Source: Octopus vulgaris
Taxonomy: Eukaryota
Length of the DNA: 64,000 nucleotides
Direction: 5' to 3'
NCBI GenBank assembly: GCA_951406725.2
Contig: OX597816.1
Coordinates: 22,568,001 to 22,632,000 of the forward strand
The first letter of the stretch is position 1. Each line of letters opens with the position of its first letter. Below, piece after piece: positions 1 to 12,689 of this stretch. A program made the translations under genes and the position numbers. Under the pieces are notes generated by a model. It was given only the letters and a program-made list of their open reading frames with translations, made no database searches and was not told the DNA's origin.

Positions 1-41
1 TAGTAAGCAAGCTTCTTACCACACAGCCACTCATGCGCCTA

Positions 42-111
<70 letters not shown>

Positions 112-133
112 GTTATTATTATAATAATTATTA

Positions 134-680
134 TTGAGTGAGAGAGCAGCCCATGCTATCAAAGTGACACTGGGGTAAAATATACGAAGCCCAGTGTACC
201 CATTATGACTACCCGTCTGATAAGGGTACACTAGGCACATGCATCACAACCATATGTGCGCGACATGGTGATCTCATATCAAGATAAACAGTGCATGATC
301 TTGCAGTTGGAGCCCAGTTAGAATTTACTTCTGGTCGAGTAGCCCATCCCGCTCAAAAGGTCCCTGAATAAGGATTGTTTAAGGATATTGAACGAATGCC
401 CCATGTTTCCAAAGGTGGATTATCCAAACCTCTAAGAATTCCTTTCAACACACGGCTATGATGCTCCCCCCACTACTTCTGCTCGTGATCAGAGATGCAC
501 ATATCATCAGCCACTAAGGGACATGCTCAACAGGTTAAGGTCAAACAACTGACAAGCAAATCTGTGGTATTGAGCAGAATATTTGCCGTTGCCCATCTTT
601 TATACCAAGACAAAACAATATATGTGATAACACTTTCAAACCGTTAAGATCACCAGCCAAGAGAACCACTGCCTGGTACT
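134..680 (-). mobile_element. ~545-bp non-autonomous repeat embedded in (TAA)n, copy 1
   Basis: Homologous to 11026-11569 and, inverted, to 12080-12626. (ATT)n lies on both flanks. The shared fixed end is ..GCTCTCTCACTCAA; strand is inferred from that end. Confidence 0.75.
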
Positions 681-729
681 GTTATTATTATTATTATTAT
701 TATCATCATTATTATCATCATCATCATCA

Positions 730-778
<49 letters not shown>

Positions 779-1411
779 CATTATTATTATTACTATTGTT
801 ATTATTATTAATATTATTATTGTCTCTGCACAGCTTCTATCGCAACAACAGCAATAATAACAACAAATCTTCGTATTATTATTTTTATTCGTCATCATCG
901 TTATTACTGCGCCAGTGCATGTACATCTTATAACCGACACCCGCATTAACTCCAATATGACCCTCAATTATCAACCTCAAACGACCTCTGCGAACAACAC
1001 CATTAATCATCATAATATTTCTGATAAAATTCCTATACATGAAATATGTGTCGATATCAATTTGTGAATACTATATTTTATTAGACCAAATGAAACCATT
1101 TTCTTTTTCTGTTTTAATTTTGATGTTTGTTGTTAAAGGTGTTGTTAGAGTTTTGTCGTTGTAAATCGCTTTGTCATTGGAGATCCATATAAGACTTCAG
1201 TTTTGAAAGCCATGAATGATTGTCGTGATTGACGTATATCTATTTATTATATTACAGAAATTGTTGTGTAGTTTCAAAGCTGTCTTCATTGAATAGGTTT
1301 GTGATCAAACGTATTTAAGATAAAAACCCCTGGTACTTTTTAAATGTAATTTTTCTGGCATAAAATGACGAAATTACGAAAGAAATCGTTTTTTTTAATA
1401 CTGCAGTTTCT

Positions 1412-2020
1412 TATTTCTTCTTTCTTTACTACCCACAAAGGGGCTAAACGCAGAGAGGACAAACAAGGACAGAAAAACGGATTAAGTCGATTATATCGGC
1501 CCCAGTGCATAAATGGTACTTATTTAATCGACACAAAAAGGATGAAAGGCAAAGTTGACTTCAGCAAAATTTGAACTTACAGCGTCAAAGACAGACGAAA
1601 TACCTATTTCTTTACTACCCAAACGTACCTAAATATAGAGAAGACAAACAAGAACAGACAAACGGATTAAGTCGATTATATCGACCCCAGTGCGAAACTG
1701 GTACTTATTTAATCGACCCCCGAAAGGATGAATGGTAAAGTCGATCTTGACTGAATTTGAATTCAGAACGTAGCAGCAGGCGAAATACCTATTGCTTTAC
1801 TACCCACAAGGGGCTAAACACAGAGAGCACAAACAAGGACAGACAAATGGATTGAGTCGATTACATCGATCCCAGTGTGTAACTGGTACTTACTTAATCG
1901 ACCCCGAAAGGATGAAAGGGAAAGTCGACCTAGGCGGAAATTGAACTCAGAACGTAGCAGTAGGCGAAAAACTGCTAAGCATTTTGTCCGGCATGCCAAC
2001 GATTCTGCCAGCTCGCCGCC
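1412..2020 (-). mobile_element. Nin/Deu-domain tRNA-SINE (family B), trimer
   Basis: Three ~185-bp units carrying GCCTTTCATCCTTTCGGGGTCGATAAA..GTACCAG and one tRNA-like head. TSD TTTTAATACTGCAGTTTCT at 1393-1411 and 2021-2039. Confidence 0.85.
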
Positions 2021-2334
2021 TTTTAATACTGCAGTTTCTGAACTCTAGAAAATATAGATTTGCTTGTTAGGATCGCAGTGTATGTCGACAGACATGACGA
2101 CTTGCATACAATACAGAATAGTTTATCAGAGAAAATGTAGAGTCATTTAAGAAAGCAGTGAAGACAGCATTACTCTGACAAGTTGGTTTTGAGAGATAGT
2201 CCTGACAAGTATACTTGACGCTCAACAGAAACATTAGTAAAATGATATCTGGAGTGTTTCAAAGAGTGTCACTTCAGCTGGTTGAAGTAATCTGAGAATG
2301 AGACACAGACTGGCCAACGATAAACACCCCCCCC

Positions 2335-2380
<46 letters not shown>

Positions 2381-2567
2381 CGTTCTGAGTTCAAATTCTG
2401 CCGAGGTCGACTTTGCCTTTCATCCTTTCGGGGTCGATAAATTAAGTACCAGTTACGCACTAGGGTCGATATAATCGACTTAATACGTCTGTCCGTCCTT
2501 GTTTGTCTCCTCTGTGTTTAGCCCCATGAGGGTAGTAAAGAAATACAATATATATATATACTATGTT

Positions 2568-3100
2568 ATAAAGGGTGTCCCAGAATTAACTACTTATTTC
2601 AATGAAATCGGGGAAATTTAAGAAAAGAAACAACGAAAATAATTTTATGTTTTTTTTTATTATTAATTACGATACCAAAAGAAATAGAATTATGAATCAT
2701 ACCTCAAAACTTTATTGAAAATTTTCAAAATATATTCCGCAATTTCTAATCTATCCTATGTGTTGCGAATTTCAAATCTATTCTAAGCGTTGCGAAACAC
2801 ATTTTGAAGCATTTCAGGAGTTATCTCCTGCACCGCGAAAGTTTTGCTGCATTCAGGTAATGGAAGTAGAGGAAATGATTGCAACCAAATTGAAAAAAAA
2901 GTTGTTGTGGACAGATAACCGGTATCTAACTGGAAACGAAAAAAAAAAGTATTAAAAAAATATAAAAATTATAAAATTATAAACAAAATTGAAAAATTCT
3001 GTACTTTTAATACATATTAAACAAGATAGATATGAAAAAAAGGGGTTTTTTTAAAATTCGATTTCATTGAAATAGATAATTCTAGGTACCTTTTCTTATA
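2568..3100 (-). mobile_element. Internally deleted Tc1/mariner element
   Basis: Imperfect TIRs AAGGGTGTCCCAGAATTA..TATTTCAATGAAATCG and CGATTTCATTGAAATAGATAATTCTAGGTACCTTT, with TA flanks. Minus-strand AVQEITPEMLQNVFRNA*NRFE resembles a mariner transposase C-terminus. Confidence 0.6.
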
Positions 3101-3351
3101 TTATATTCTATTATATTATATAGTATACATGTATGTGTGTATTTTTCCAGTAACATAAACGTTATTTTTGTTGGTTATACTTGATTTTCTCCTTTAGATT
3201 CTCACAAATAGAAGAAATAGTTTGTAAATCCAGTATAGATCTCAAGGCAAACTCTTCGAATCCGTGTGATGCAAGAGAAACTACATTCGAAATCATTTAA
3301 GCCACACGACCTCTCAGAGGCTACTATATTTGGCCTTGTTGAAGTTGGTAT

Positions 3352-3734
3352 TCGTGGCACTCCATCGATTACGACGACGAGGGTTCCTGTTGATCCGATC
3401 AACGGAACAGCCTGCTTGTGATAGTAACGTGTAAATGGCTGACCATTCTACAGACACGTGTAACCTTAACGTAGTTCTCAGAGAAATTCAGAGTGATATA
3501 GTGTGTGACAAGGCTGGCCCTTTGAAATACAGGTACAACAGCGACAGGAAGAAAGAGTGAGAGAAATTTGTGGTGAAAAAACACAGCAGGGTCATCATCA
3601 TCCCCTGAGGGAGCCTCGTGGAGCTTTAGGTGTTTTTGCTCAATAAACACTCACAACGCCCGGACTGGGATTTGAAAACGCGATTCCCAGACCGCGAATC
3701 CGCTGCCCTAACCACTGGATCATTGCACCCCCAC
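3352..3734 (-). mobile_element. tRNA-derived SINE (family C), tail type 1
   Basis: Head GTGGGGGTGCAATGATCCAGTGGTTAGGGCAGCGG, B-box-like GTTTTCAAATCCC. The same head occurs at 13328-13456(-). Confidence 0.75.
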
Positions 3735-3892
3735 AGACGTTGATATACAAATAACAATTTGGCATTGAGTGAAATGTTTTGTTTATAGGTTTCTCTAACA
3801 GGAACATTGATGGTCTTACTATTGTTTTTCACTTGATCATCTCTGTACGTGAAGAAATGATTGCAAGTAACTAGATTCAACTGCAGCATATT

Positions 3893-4082
3893 ATAGGGAG
3901 AGTTTACGAAAAACACCAAAGACGAAGACAGGTGGTGTACAAAACAAACAGATGTTTTAGTATAACGCTCTGGAATAGAAAATGTCTTTTACGTTTTGAG
4001 CCTACGCTCTTCTACAGAAAGGGACACAGAAAAAAACAACGAGAGAAAAATGTGTGCAGCGGCTAACGATCTATCATGGCAT
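3893..4082 (-). mobile_element. Penelope-like terminal-repeat remnant with a minimal hammerhead-like motif
   Basis: Homologous (inverted) to 21745-21935. Minus-strand motif cttt-CTGTAGA-AGAGC-gtag-GCTC-AAAAC-GTA-aaag at 3986-4021. Confidence 0.5.
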
Positions 4083-5180
4083 ATTATACTACTTCCAGTC
4101 ATGTGTGTAGTCGAACAATGTCTTGGTAAACAGGAGTGATCTGGAGTTAGATAACAAGACTCAACAAATCTCTTTAAATAGCACTGTTTAAAACAAAACT
4201 ACAAGACACTAGAGACGACAAGTAGGTTTATGTCAAAATATATCTTCAAAAATTAAACCAATTGGTTATACTGGAAAATTCGTTTGAACATAAAATTACT
4301 TGATCAAGCTTGACCTGGGGCTAAACAATAACAAACATTTCTATTGCTTATAGTAATACAAAGATATATACAGAATATACTGCAGAGGGATTTCAAAGTT
4401 TGGAATCACGTGATATTTCCATTCATCAAGGGTATGTTTATACTCCATAAGTCCGCCAGTTATTTCAACATTACCATTCTTCGGTTTATTAAATGTTTGA
4501 TTTGCACTTTCCGGAACGGTTCAGTTTCTTCGTTGTTCCCTTCGACATTGACAGTTGCAATGCCACCGGATCATTGATTTCTTTTAATTAAGACAATGGT
4601 CACTTTCTAAGCAGATGATGTAGAGACAATTGAAATGATATTTCCTTTAAAATGTTATAAATAGTTCTTTTTACAGACAATATTGCCTTGTTGATTGAAT
4701 CTCTGTAGAATTTTACAGGAACACTCTTGAAAAGTTTCCTATTGTCGTATCGTTTGGAAGTAATTCAATAGCCGTTTGGTTGATGTAAAATACAATGCAA
4801 TGCTTTAACGGCGAAATATTATAATGGCAAGTATATTTTGAAAATGATTATAATAAAGATCATATTTGTGATGACGATATTAACGATTTCTCTGAATACC
4901 ACTATTGTTTAGGTCCGGTCAACGATGATGAGTGAAGTCTACAATGAATGAAATTCAACACGGGACCAATCCGTATCTTTAGAAGATATCTAGTATTAGA
5001 TTACTTGTTATATTCCATTTTGTCTTTGTGTGTATTTCATGTATTATCCGAAAACATCTCAGCTGCTATTTCTAGCTGCTCGAGTATTCACATCGAGGTT
5101 ACTTTGATTGTCATAAACGTGATGCTAAATTAGGTGATTTAGTTTTACAGCACATTTTCAATAGAGGTATTAGTAATTTA

Positions 5181-5414
5181 AAGGCGGCGAGCTGGCAGAA
5201 ACGTTAGCAAGCCGCGCGGAATGCGTAGCCGTATTAGATTTGCCGCTACGTTCTGAGTTCAAATTCCGCCGAGGTCGACTTTGCCAATCATCCTTTCGGG
5301 GTCGATCAAATAAGTACCCAGTTGCGCACTGGGGTCGATGTAATCGACTTAATCCGTCAGTATGTCCTTGTTTTTCCCCTCTGTGTTTAGCCCCTTGTGG
5401 GTAGTAAAGAAATA
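5181..5414 (+). mobile_element. Family B SINE, full-length monomer
   Basis: Head AAGGCGGCGAGCTGGCAGAAACG, B-box-like GAGTTCAAATTCC, Nin/Deu core and tail GTAGTAAAGAAAT. TSD AGGTATTAGTAATTTA. Other monomers or truncated copies lie at ~2380-2545(+), 7840-7992(+), 11790-11995(-), 47319-47550(-), 57905-58117(-) and 58262-58497(+). Confidence 0.85.
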
Positions 5415-5971
5415 GGTATTAGTAATTTACACAGAACTATAGAATTTTTCATGTTGAAAACTCTTAGTACCCATCTCTATAATAATTGTAGGGGCCTCTC
5501 AAAATATTTTCAGATGTATGAATGGATTACTTTTATGCATGAGTTTTCCCGTCGAAAGAAAAAAAGTCTTTGCTAGAAAATAACCAGCAATAGTGATAAT
5601 ATAGGAAAATACATAACGTTCACGTCAACATGAAACTTGGTCTACATGACGAAATTTATTACACATAAAGTAACGTTACGCTTCTCACCAATAAACTTGG
5701 CGGGATAAAACTGAGGCCTCAGCAGAGTGTTTTATTCAGTTCTGAAAAGAATAAGGAATTGTGGGTCTGTTGTACATCTTTCATTTGCAGAAATGAACAG
5801 TAAATAACATTCACATAACTCGACTTCGTAAATGAACAATTTGTTGTGTTTCTTTTAATGGTCTACCAATGTTGACAGTGAGTTTCTTTGACCTAGAAAA
5901 TGAAAAAATGAAATAGATAATTCTAGGCACCGTTTCTTATATTATATTATATTATATTATATTATATTATT

Positions 5972-6390
5972 TAGGCGCAGGAGTGGCTGTGTGGTAAGTA
6001 GCTTGTTTACCAACCACATGGTTCCAGGTTCAGTCCCATTGCGTGGCACCTTGGGCAAGTGTCTTCTACTATAGCCCCGGGCCGACCAAAACCTTGTGAG
6101 TGGATTTGGTAGACGGAAACTGAAAGAAGCCTGTCGTATATATGTATATATATATATATGCGTGTGTGTGTTTGTGTGTCTGTGTTTGTCCCCCTAGCAT
6201 TGCTTGACAACCGATGCTGGTGCGTTATAGTGTCCCCGTTACCCAGCGGTTCGGTAAAAGAGACCGATAGAATAAGTACTGGGTTTACAAAAGAATAAGT
6301 CCCGGGGTCGGGTTGCTCGATTAAAGGCGGTGCTCCAGCATGGCCGCAGTCAAATGACTGAAACAAGTAAAAGAGTAAAGAGAAAGAGAG
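5972..6390 (+). mobile_element. tRNA-derived CORE-type SINE (family A), full length
   Basis: A-box-like TGGCTGTGTGG, B-box-like GGTTCAGTCCC, CORE-like CCTTGGGCAAGTGTCTT, internal (TA)n(TG)n, and tail GCTCCAGCATGGCCGCAGTCAAATGACTGAAAC. A head fragment of another copy lies at 1-41(-). Confidence 0.85.
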
Positions 6391-6458
6391 TATACATGTA
6401 TGTGTGTATTTTTCCAATAACATAAACCTTATTTTTGTTGGGTATACTTGATTTTCTT

Positions 6459-7005
6459 CTTTCAGTTCTCACAAATAAAAGAAATAGTTTGTAAATCCGG
6501 TAAAGATCTCAATGCAAACTCTTCGAATCCGTTTGATGCGAGAGAAACTACATTCGAAATCACTTAAGCCACGCAACCTCTCCATTTAAGGTTTTAGATA
6601 AAACCGTGTCATAACATTGCAGTGAATTTGCCCATCCGTCTTTCAGTTCTCACAAATAAAAGAAATAGTTTGTAAATCCGGTAAAGATCTCAATGCAAAC
6701 TCTTCGAATCCGTTTGATGCGAGAGAAACTACATTCGAAATCACTTAAGCCACGCAACCTCTCCATTTAAGGTTTTAGATAAAACCGTGTCATAACATTG
6801 CAGTGAATTTGCCCATCCGTCTTTCAGTTCTCACAAATAAAAGAAATAGTTTGTAAATCCGGTAAAGATCTCAATGCAAACTCTTCGAATCCGTTTGATG
6901 CGAGAGAAACTACATTCGAAATCACTTAAGCCACGCAACCTCTCCATTTAAGGTTTTAGATAAAACCGTGTCATAACATTGCAGTGAATTTGCCCATCCG
7001 TCTTT
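6459..7005. repeat. Tandem repeat, 3 x 181 bp, apparently identical units
   Basis: TTTCAGTTCTCAC starts at 6460, 6641 and 6822. Confidence 0.95.
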
Positions 7006-8040
7006 CCCGTAATGTTTAGAATTCAAGTAATAATGGGAATGTCATAAACTGTCTTTGAAACCTAACACACAATGATATCCATACCAGTTTATGTATGTGG
7101 CGGTCTTATGTATGTGGCGGTCTAGAATTGACCCTCAACTGGAATGATAAAGAGCCGAAATATAGTATCACAGTATCTGTGAAGTGCCGTTGACTTTGCT
7201 GCTGGTAACGGAAAGGAACCGATTCTTTAAAGTTGAGATATTTGTGCCATAATGTCGATATTGTTGAGGATGAATTGCTCCCAGCTCTGACAGGGCGTAA
7301 AGAATACGTGTCAGAATACATTCGGGTGGTTTACTATCCGTTTCAAAGCATTCTAGTCACAAGTTCTCAGTAAATTTCGCTATTAACAAGAGTTGGCTCA
7401 ACGCTAATTTGTTTCGGGTAAAGCACCATATATCCTTCAGATAGCCACAGCAACAACATCACGAATACACATAGTGTTAGAATCAGCCTAAAAGATACAT
7501 AAGCAACTGAACAGAAAACTCTTCCAATTTCTTGACAAACTTTCCCGATGTCATCGGGATTTGAAATGACGGAAGTTGTGCCAAATATTTTATAGATACA
7601 AATATAGAAGAGGTACACTTATGTTTATAATACTTGTAGTAATATATTATAGAGAAATGTATCATTCTAAAGCCGTGTCGATTTTTTGGCTCTTATATCT
7701 ATTTTATAAATGTTTACATATGCGTGTATGTATGTATGTATGTATGTATGTATGTATGTATGTATGTATGTATGTATGTATGTATGTATGTGTATGTATA
7801 CATATTATTTACATAAATATATGTATATACGTACGCTTTATGTTCCGCCGAGGTCGACTTTGCCTTTCATCCTTTCGGGGTCGATAAATTAAGTACCAGT
7901 TACGCACTGGGGTCGATGTAATCGACTTAATCCGTTTGTCTGTCCTTGTTTATCCCCTCTGTGTTTAGCCCCTTGTGGGTAGTAAAGAAATATATATATT
8001 GTGTATATGTATGTACGTATACATACACACACACGCACAT

Positions 8041-8242
8041 ATTCTTTTATTCTTTTACTTGTTTCAGTCATTTGACTGCTGCCATGCTGGAGCACCGCCT
8101 TTAGTCGAGTAAATCGACCCCGGGACTTATTCTTTGTAAGCCCAGTACTTATTCTATCAGTTTCTTTTGCCGAACCGCTAAATGACGGGGACGTAAACAC
8201 ACCAGCATCTGTTGTCAAGCAATGCTAGGGGGACAAACGCAG

Positions 8243-8295
<53 letters not shown>

Positions 8296-8468
8296 CATAT
8301 ATACGACAGGCTTCTTTCAGTTTCCGTCTACCAAATCCACTCACAAGGCATTTGTCAGCCCGGGGCTATAGCAGAAGACACTTGCCCAAGATGCCACGCA
8401 GTGGGACTGAACCCGGAACCATGTGGTTGGTTAGCAAGCTACTTACCACAAAGCCACTCCTGCGCCTA
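8041..8468 (-). mobile_element. Family A SINE
   Basis: Reverse complement of 5972-6390. Confidence 0.85.
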
Positions 8469-8791
8469 TCTTATATATATATGCATACTTATGTGTGTAT
8501 ATGTGTGTATGTATGTATCTGTATAAAGATGGTGGATTAAGAATATTTTATGGTTTTTACATAAGTACATATATACTCATACTCACACACGTACTCACAC
8601 ACACATACACACTCACACATATATATGCATGTGTGAGTGTGTGTGTGTGTGTGTGTGTGTTTATGTACGCTTATATGTATCTATGTATAGGTATGTTTAT
8701 AAGCATGCATCTATGTATATAAACATACAATATATGGATGAATGTATACGCTTAAAAATATATATACATACATATGTATATATATATATAT

Positions 8792-8835
<44 letters not shown>

Positions 8836-9650
8836 CTTGACATCAGGTTTTTTACACCACGCACTTAATATAATATCTACTTAGCAAGAAAATATGACAA
8901 ACAGTATGGGCAAATTTGGAAAGAGCCGCATTATAAGAATAGGATAGAATAAAATAAAAAAAAATTTAAACTATTTTAAGACAAGAATGATGAATTCTGA
9001 GATATAGAACTTTGGGAAAAAGAGACAATAAGAAACAGATGGTGTCACTAACATTGTCAGTGTCAAGGGGTAAACGTACGAATAGACAATACATCCATAT
9101 GTCAAGAAGTTCAATGCGGAGAATAGACAAAAAAACCTGAGCCCTATAAAAGGAAGGCAGTTTTTAAACAGCTGCGTAGATTTTTGCCGATGATAATGCC
9201 GTAGTGACGAGATAAATTCTGAAATGTTACGTAGTAAAAACAAAAGTGAATGTAAAATATTTGTGCGATTTTAGACGGGCGAAATGGCTCCTTATAATAC
9301 AATGGTCTTAGAGCCGATCACTTTCCAAATAAATGCAATCCGGGTTATTTTTTTATTACTTCAAAAATAAATAAATACATGAAAACAGCATTTCTAGAGG
9401 GTAACGAGGACGGGAGGTAGTAAAGACCTTTGGGGCTTATTGACACCATTATCTCTCATAAATCTACACACACAAACACATACATATATAGATAGATAGA
9501 TAGACAGATAAATCGATAGATAGATAGATAGCTATATACACTTTATATATGTATATACCCATTATATACATTATATACATACATTATAAATTATATACAT
9601 GCGTTATATATGTACATATATATATATATATATACACATTATATATACAC

Positions 9651-9700
<50 letters not shown>

Positions 9701-10950
9701 TAAATTAACACCATAAATATCTGCTTAATAATATCTGTTATGATTGTGCGCTGGTGGTGGGCGGTAATAAGTCATCGTTCTAAAAGATCTGTGGCGGGAA
9801 TATTTAAGCTATTGCGGTTGTCAACGCTTTCTCTATATAGATACAGACAGACTTCAGAGAGAGAGAGAGAGAGAGAGAGAGGTGGAGGAAAGAGTGACAG
9901 AGAGACGGCGAAGACAGAGAGGGAAAGAGGGTGGAAGCTGTCAAACGTCGTTATAGAGAAAAAAGTGGAGGGGAAGGAGGAATGAGAGGAACGTTAATTA
10001 CTTGAAATATTTATATTTCTAAAGTCTAATAATTGAAGTTTTAAATGAAATCTATAAATAACTTGGGCTTGTAAAGACATGTTCAGTTAGGAATCTCGCT
10101 CTTACATCAGTCTTCTGTATCTTCTCAAACATTACAGACGAGGTATCACCGTGTATCACTCCAAGTGATATAATTTACTTAAGAACAAATAACACAGAGA
10201 TCAATGCAACGACTAAAGCAGACTCTAGGATTAATGATTAATCTCGCTTGGAGCCAATGCACTCATCCTTTTAATTAGAATGGTGGTTATTATAATACTT
10301 TCCATATCTTTTAATATCGCCTTACAGAATAGCAGATATATATGAATATGCTGAAGGAAAAAAGAGCAGAAGTTACTATATGGATTACAGAAAGCGATAC
10401 AACAATAATTTTAATTAATTATGTTTAGGTGTTTGTAGTGCAAAAAGAAGAGTGCTTCCAATACAAGCGGACTAAATAATAACTGATTTGAAAAAAAAAC
10501 AAAAAAAAAAAAAAAATTTCCACACATTGAATAATACAAAATACTAAAACGGTATTTAAACGATAGGAATATGAGAATTCCGTAAATGGAGGGAGGAAGA
10601 AGCAGAAATATAAGAAGGGGATTAGATTCAAGAAGAGAAAAAATACTAAGACCAAAATCTGATGACGTAAAAGAATAAAACTGAGGCAGACTTTTAGATC
10701 AAAACTTAGAATAAATGGCCCATGCGTCGCATGCATTTCCTAGTTGTTCAATATTTTTTTCATATTCTTGTTTCATAAATCCTATTGGGTGTGTCACATT
10801 TTCTCTAGATATCTTGTTGCTATTTATAACAGCCACTACCGAATAATATTGTTATTATTATTATTATCATCATTATTATCATTATTTTTATTATTATTAC
10901 TATTATTATCATTATCATTATCATCATCATCATCATCATCATAATCATCA

Positions 10951-11023
<73 letters not shown>

Positions 11024-11025
11024 GA

Positions 11026-11569
11026 TTGAGTGAGAGAGCAGTGCATGCCATCAAAGTGGCACTGGGGTAAAATATGCGAAGCGCAGAATACCCATCATGA
11101 CTACCTGTCTGATAAGGGTACACAAGGAACATGCATCACAACCATATGTGCGTGATATAGTGATCTCATATGACGGTAAACAGCACATGAGCTTGCAGGT
11201 GGGGCCCAGTTAGAATTTTCTTGCCGGTGAGTAGTCCATCCCGCTTGAAAGGTCCCTGAATAAGGGTTGTTTAAGGATGACGAACAAAACACCCATGTTT
11301 CCAAAGATGAATTATCCAACCCCCAAATAATTCCTCTCAACACATGGCGATGATGCTCCTCCATTACTACTGCTCGTGATCAGACGTGCACATACCGTCA
11401 ACCACCAAAGGACATGCTCAACTGGTTAAGGTCAAACAACCGACAAACAAATCTGTGGTATTGAGCAGAATATTTGCTGTAGCCCGTCTTTTATACCAAG
11501 ACAAAACAATGTACATGATAACACTTCCAATCAGTTGAGATGAGAAGCCATGAGAGTCACTCATGTACT
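11026..11569 (-). mobile_element. ~545-bp TAA-associated repeat, copy 2
   Basis: Same sequence as 134-680, preceded by an (ATT/ATC)n tract. Confidence 0.75.
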
Positions 11570-11644
11570 CAGAACGCAAAGACGGATTAACGTGTTAGCA
11601 ATTCTGCCAGCTTGCCTCCCTGATAATAATAATGATGATGGTGG

Positions 11645-11711
<67 letters not shown>

Positions 11712-11721
11712 GATGATAATG

Positions 11722-11787
<66 letters not shown>

Positions 11788-12006
11788 GTACTTCTTTTTA
11801 CTATAGGCCCGAGGGCCGAAATTTGGTGAGAGGGGACCAGTCGATTAGATCAATCCCAATATTTCACTGGTACTTAATTTATCGACCCGGAAAGGATGAC
11901 AGGCAAAGTCGACCTCGGCAGAATTTGAAATCCCAACGTAGCAGCAGACTAACTATTTCGCCCGGTGTGCTAACGATTCTGCCAGCTCGCTGCTCTAATA
12001 ATAGTA

Positions 12007-12069
<63 letters not shown>

Positions 12070-12079
12070 TCCCTTATGT

Positions 12080-12626
12080 AGTACCAGACAGTGGCTCTCA
12101 TGGCTTCTGATCTTAACTGATTCGGAGTGTCACCATGTACATTGATTTATCTAGGTATAAATGATGGGCTACAACAAATATTCTGCTCAATACCACAGAT
12201 TTGCTTGTCAGTTGTTTGACCTTAAACAGGTGAGCATGTCCCTTAGTGGCTGACGATATGTGCATCTCTGACCATGAGCAGAAGTAGTGAGGGAAACATC
12301 ATAGCCGTGTGTTGAAAGGAATTCTCAGAGTTTTGGGTAATTCACGTTTGGAGACATGGGTGGTTCGTTCAACATCCTTAAACAATCCTTATTCAGGGAC
12401 CATTTCAGCGGGATGGACTACTCGACGCCAAAAAAATATTAATTGGACCCCACCTGCAAGGTCATGTGCTGTTTACCATCATATGAGATCTCTATATCGC
12501 GCACATGTGATTGTGATGCATGTTCCAAGTGTACCCTTATCAGACGTGTAGTCATGATGGGTATACTGGGCTTCGTACATTTTACCCCAGTGTCACTTTG
12601 ATGGCATGCACTGCTCTCTCACCCAA
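12080..12626 (+). mobile_element. ~545-bp TAA-associated repeat, copy 3 (inverted relative to copies 1 and 2)
   Basis: Reverse complement of copies 1 and 2, preceded by (TAA)n at ~11996-12064. Confidence 0.75.
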
Positions 12627-12689
12627 GAAGAAAAAAATAAACGGACAGACAGAAACAGTCATAACATACTGATAGAACCATCTTACAGA

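Noticed and set aside
4340-4600. Coding-looking minus-strand stretch (NVEITGGLMEYKHTLDEWKYHVIPNF)
   Set aside because: Short, with no clear splice boundaries and no confident homology.
5972-6050. tRNA genes at SINE heads
   Set aside because: A/B-box-like motifs are present, but the sequences run into SINE bodies with no complete cloverleaf or T-run terminator.
6459-7005. CRISPR-like or retrozyme-like array
   Set aside because: Units are wholly identical with no spacers and no CUGANGA/GAAA core, in a eukaryotic context.
7000-7620. Possible host exon or pseudogene (hydrophobic LCVFVMLLLWLS stretch, acceptor-like TTTTAG on the minus strand)
   Set aside because: Every frame I translated has multiple stops and no recognisable family motif; BLASTX would be needed.
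9060-9260. Very degenerate RT remnant (NRQKNLSP, IFADD)
   Set aside because: The motifs are in different frames with too little surrounding similarity to call.
12309-12551. 80-codon ORF shared by copies 2 and 3 of the 545-bp repeat
   Set aside because: It is interrupted by a TGA in copy 1 and has no recognisable motif; probably inherited by chance from the consensus.
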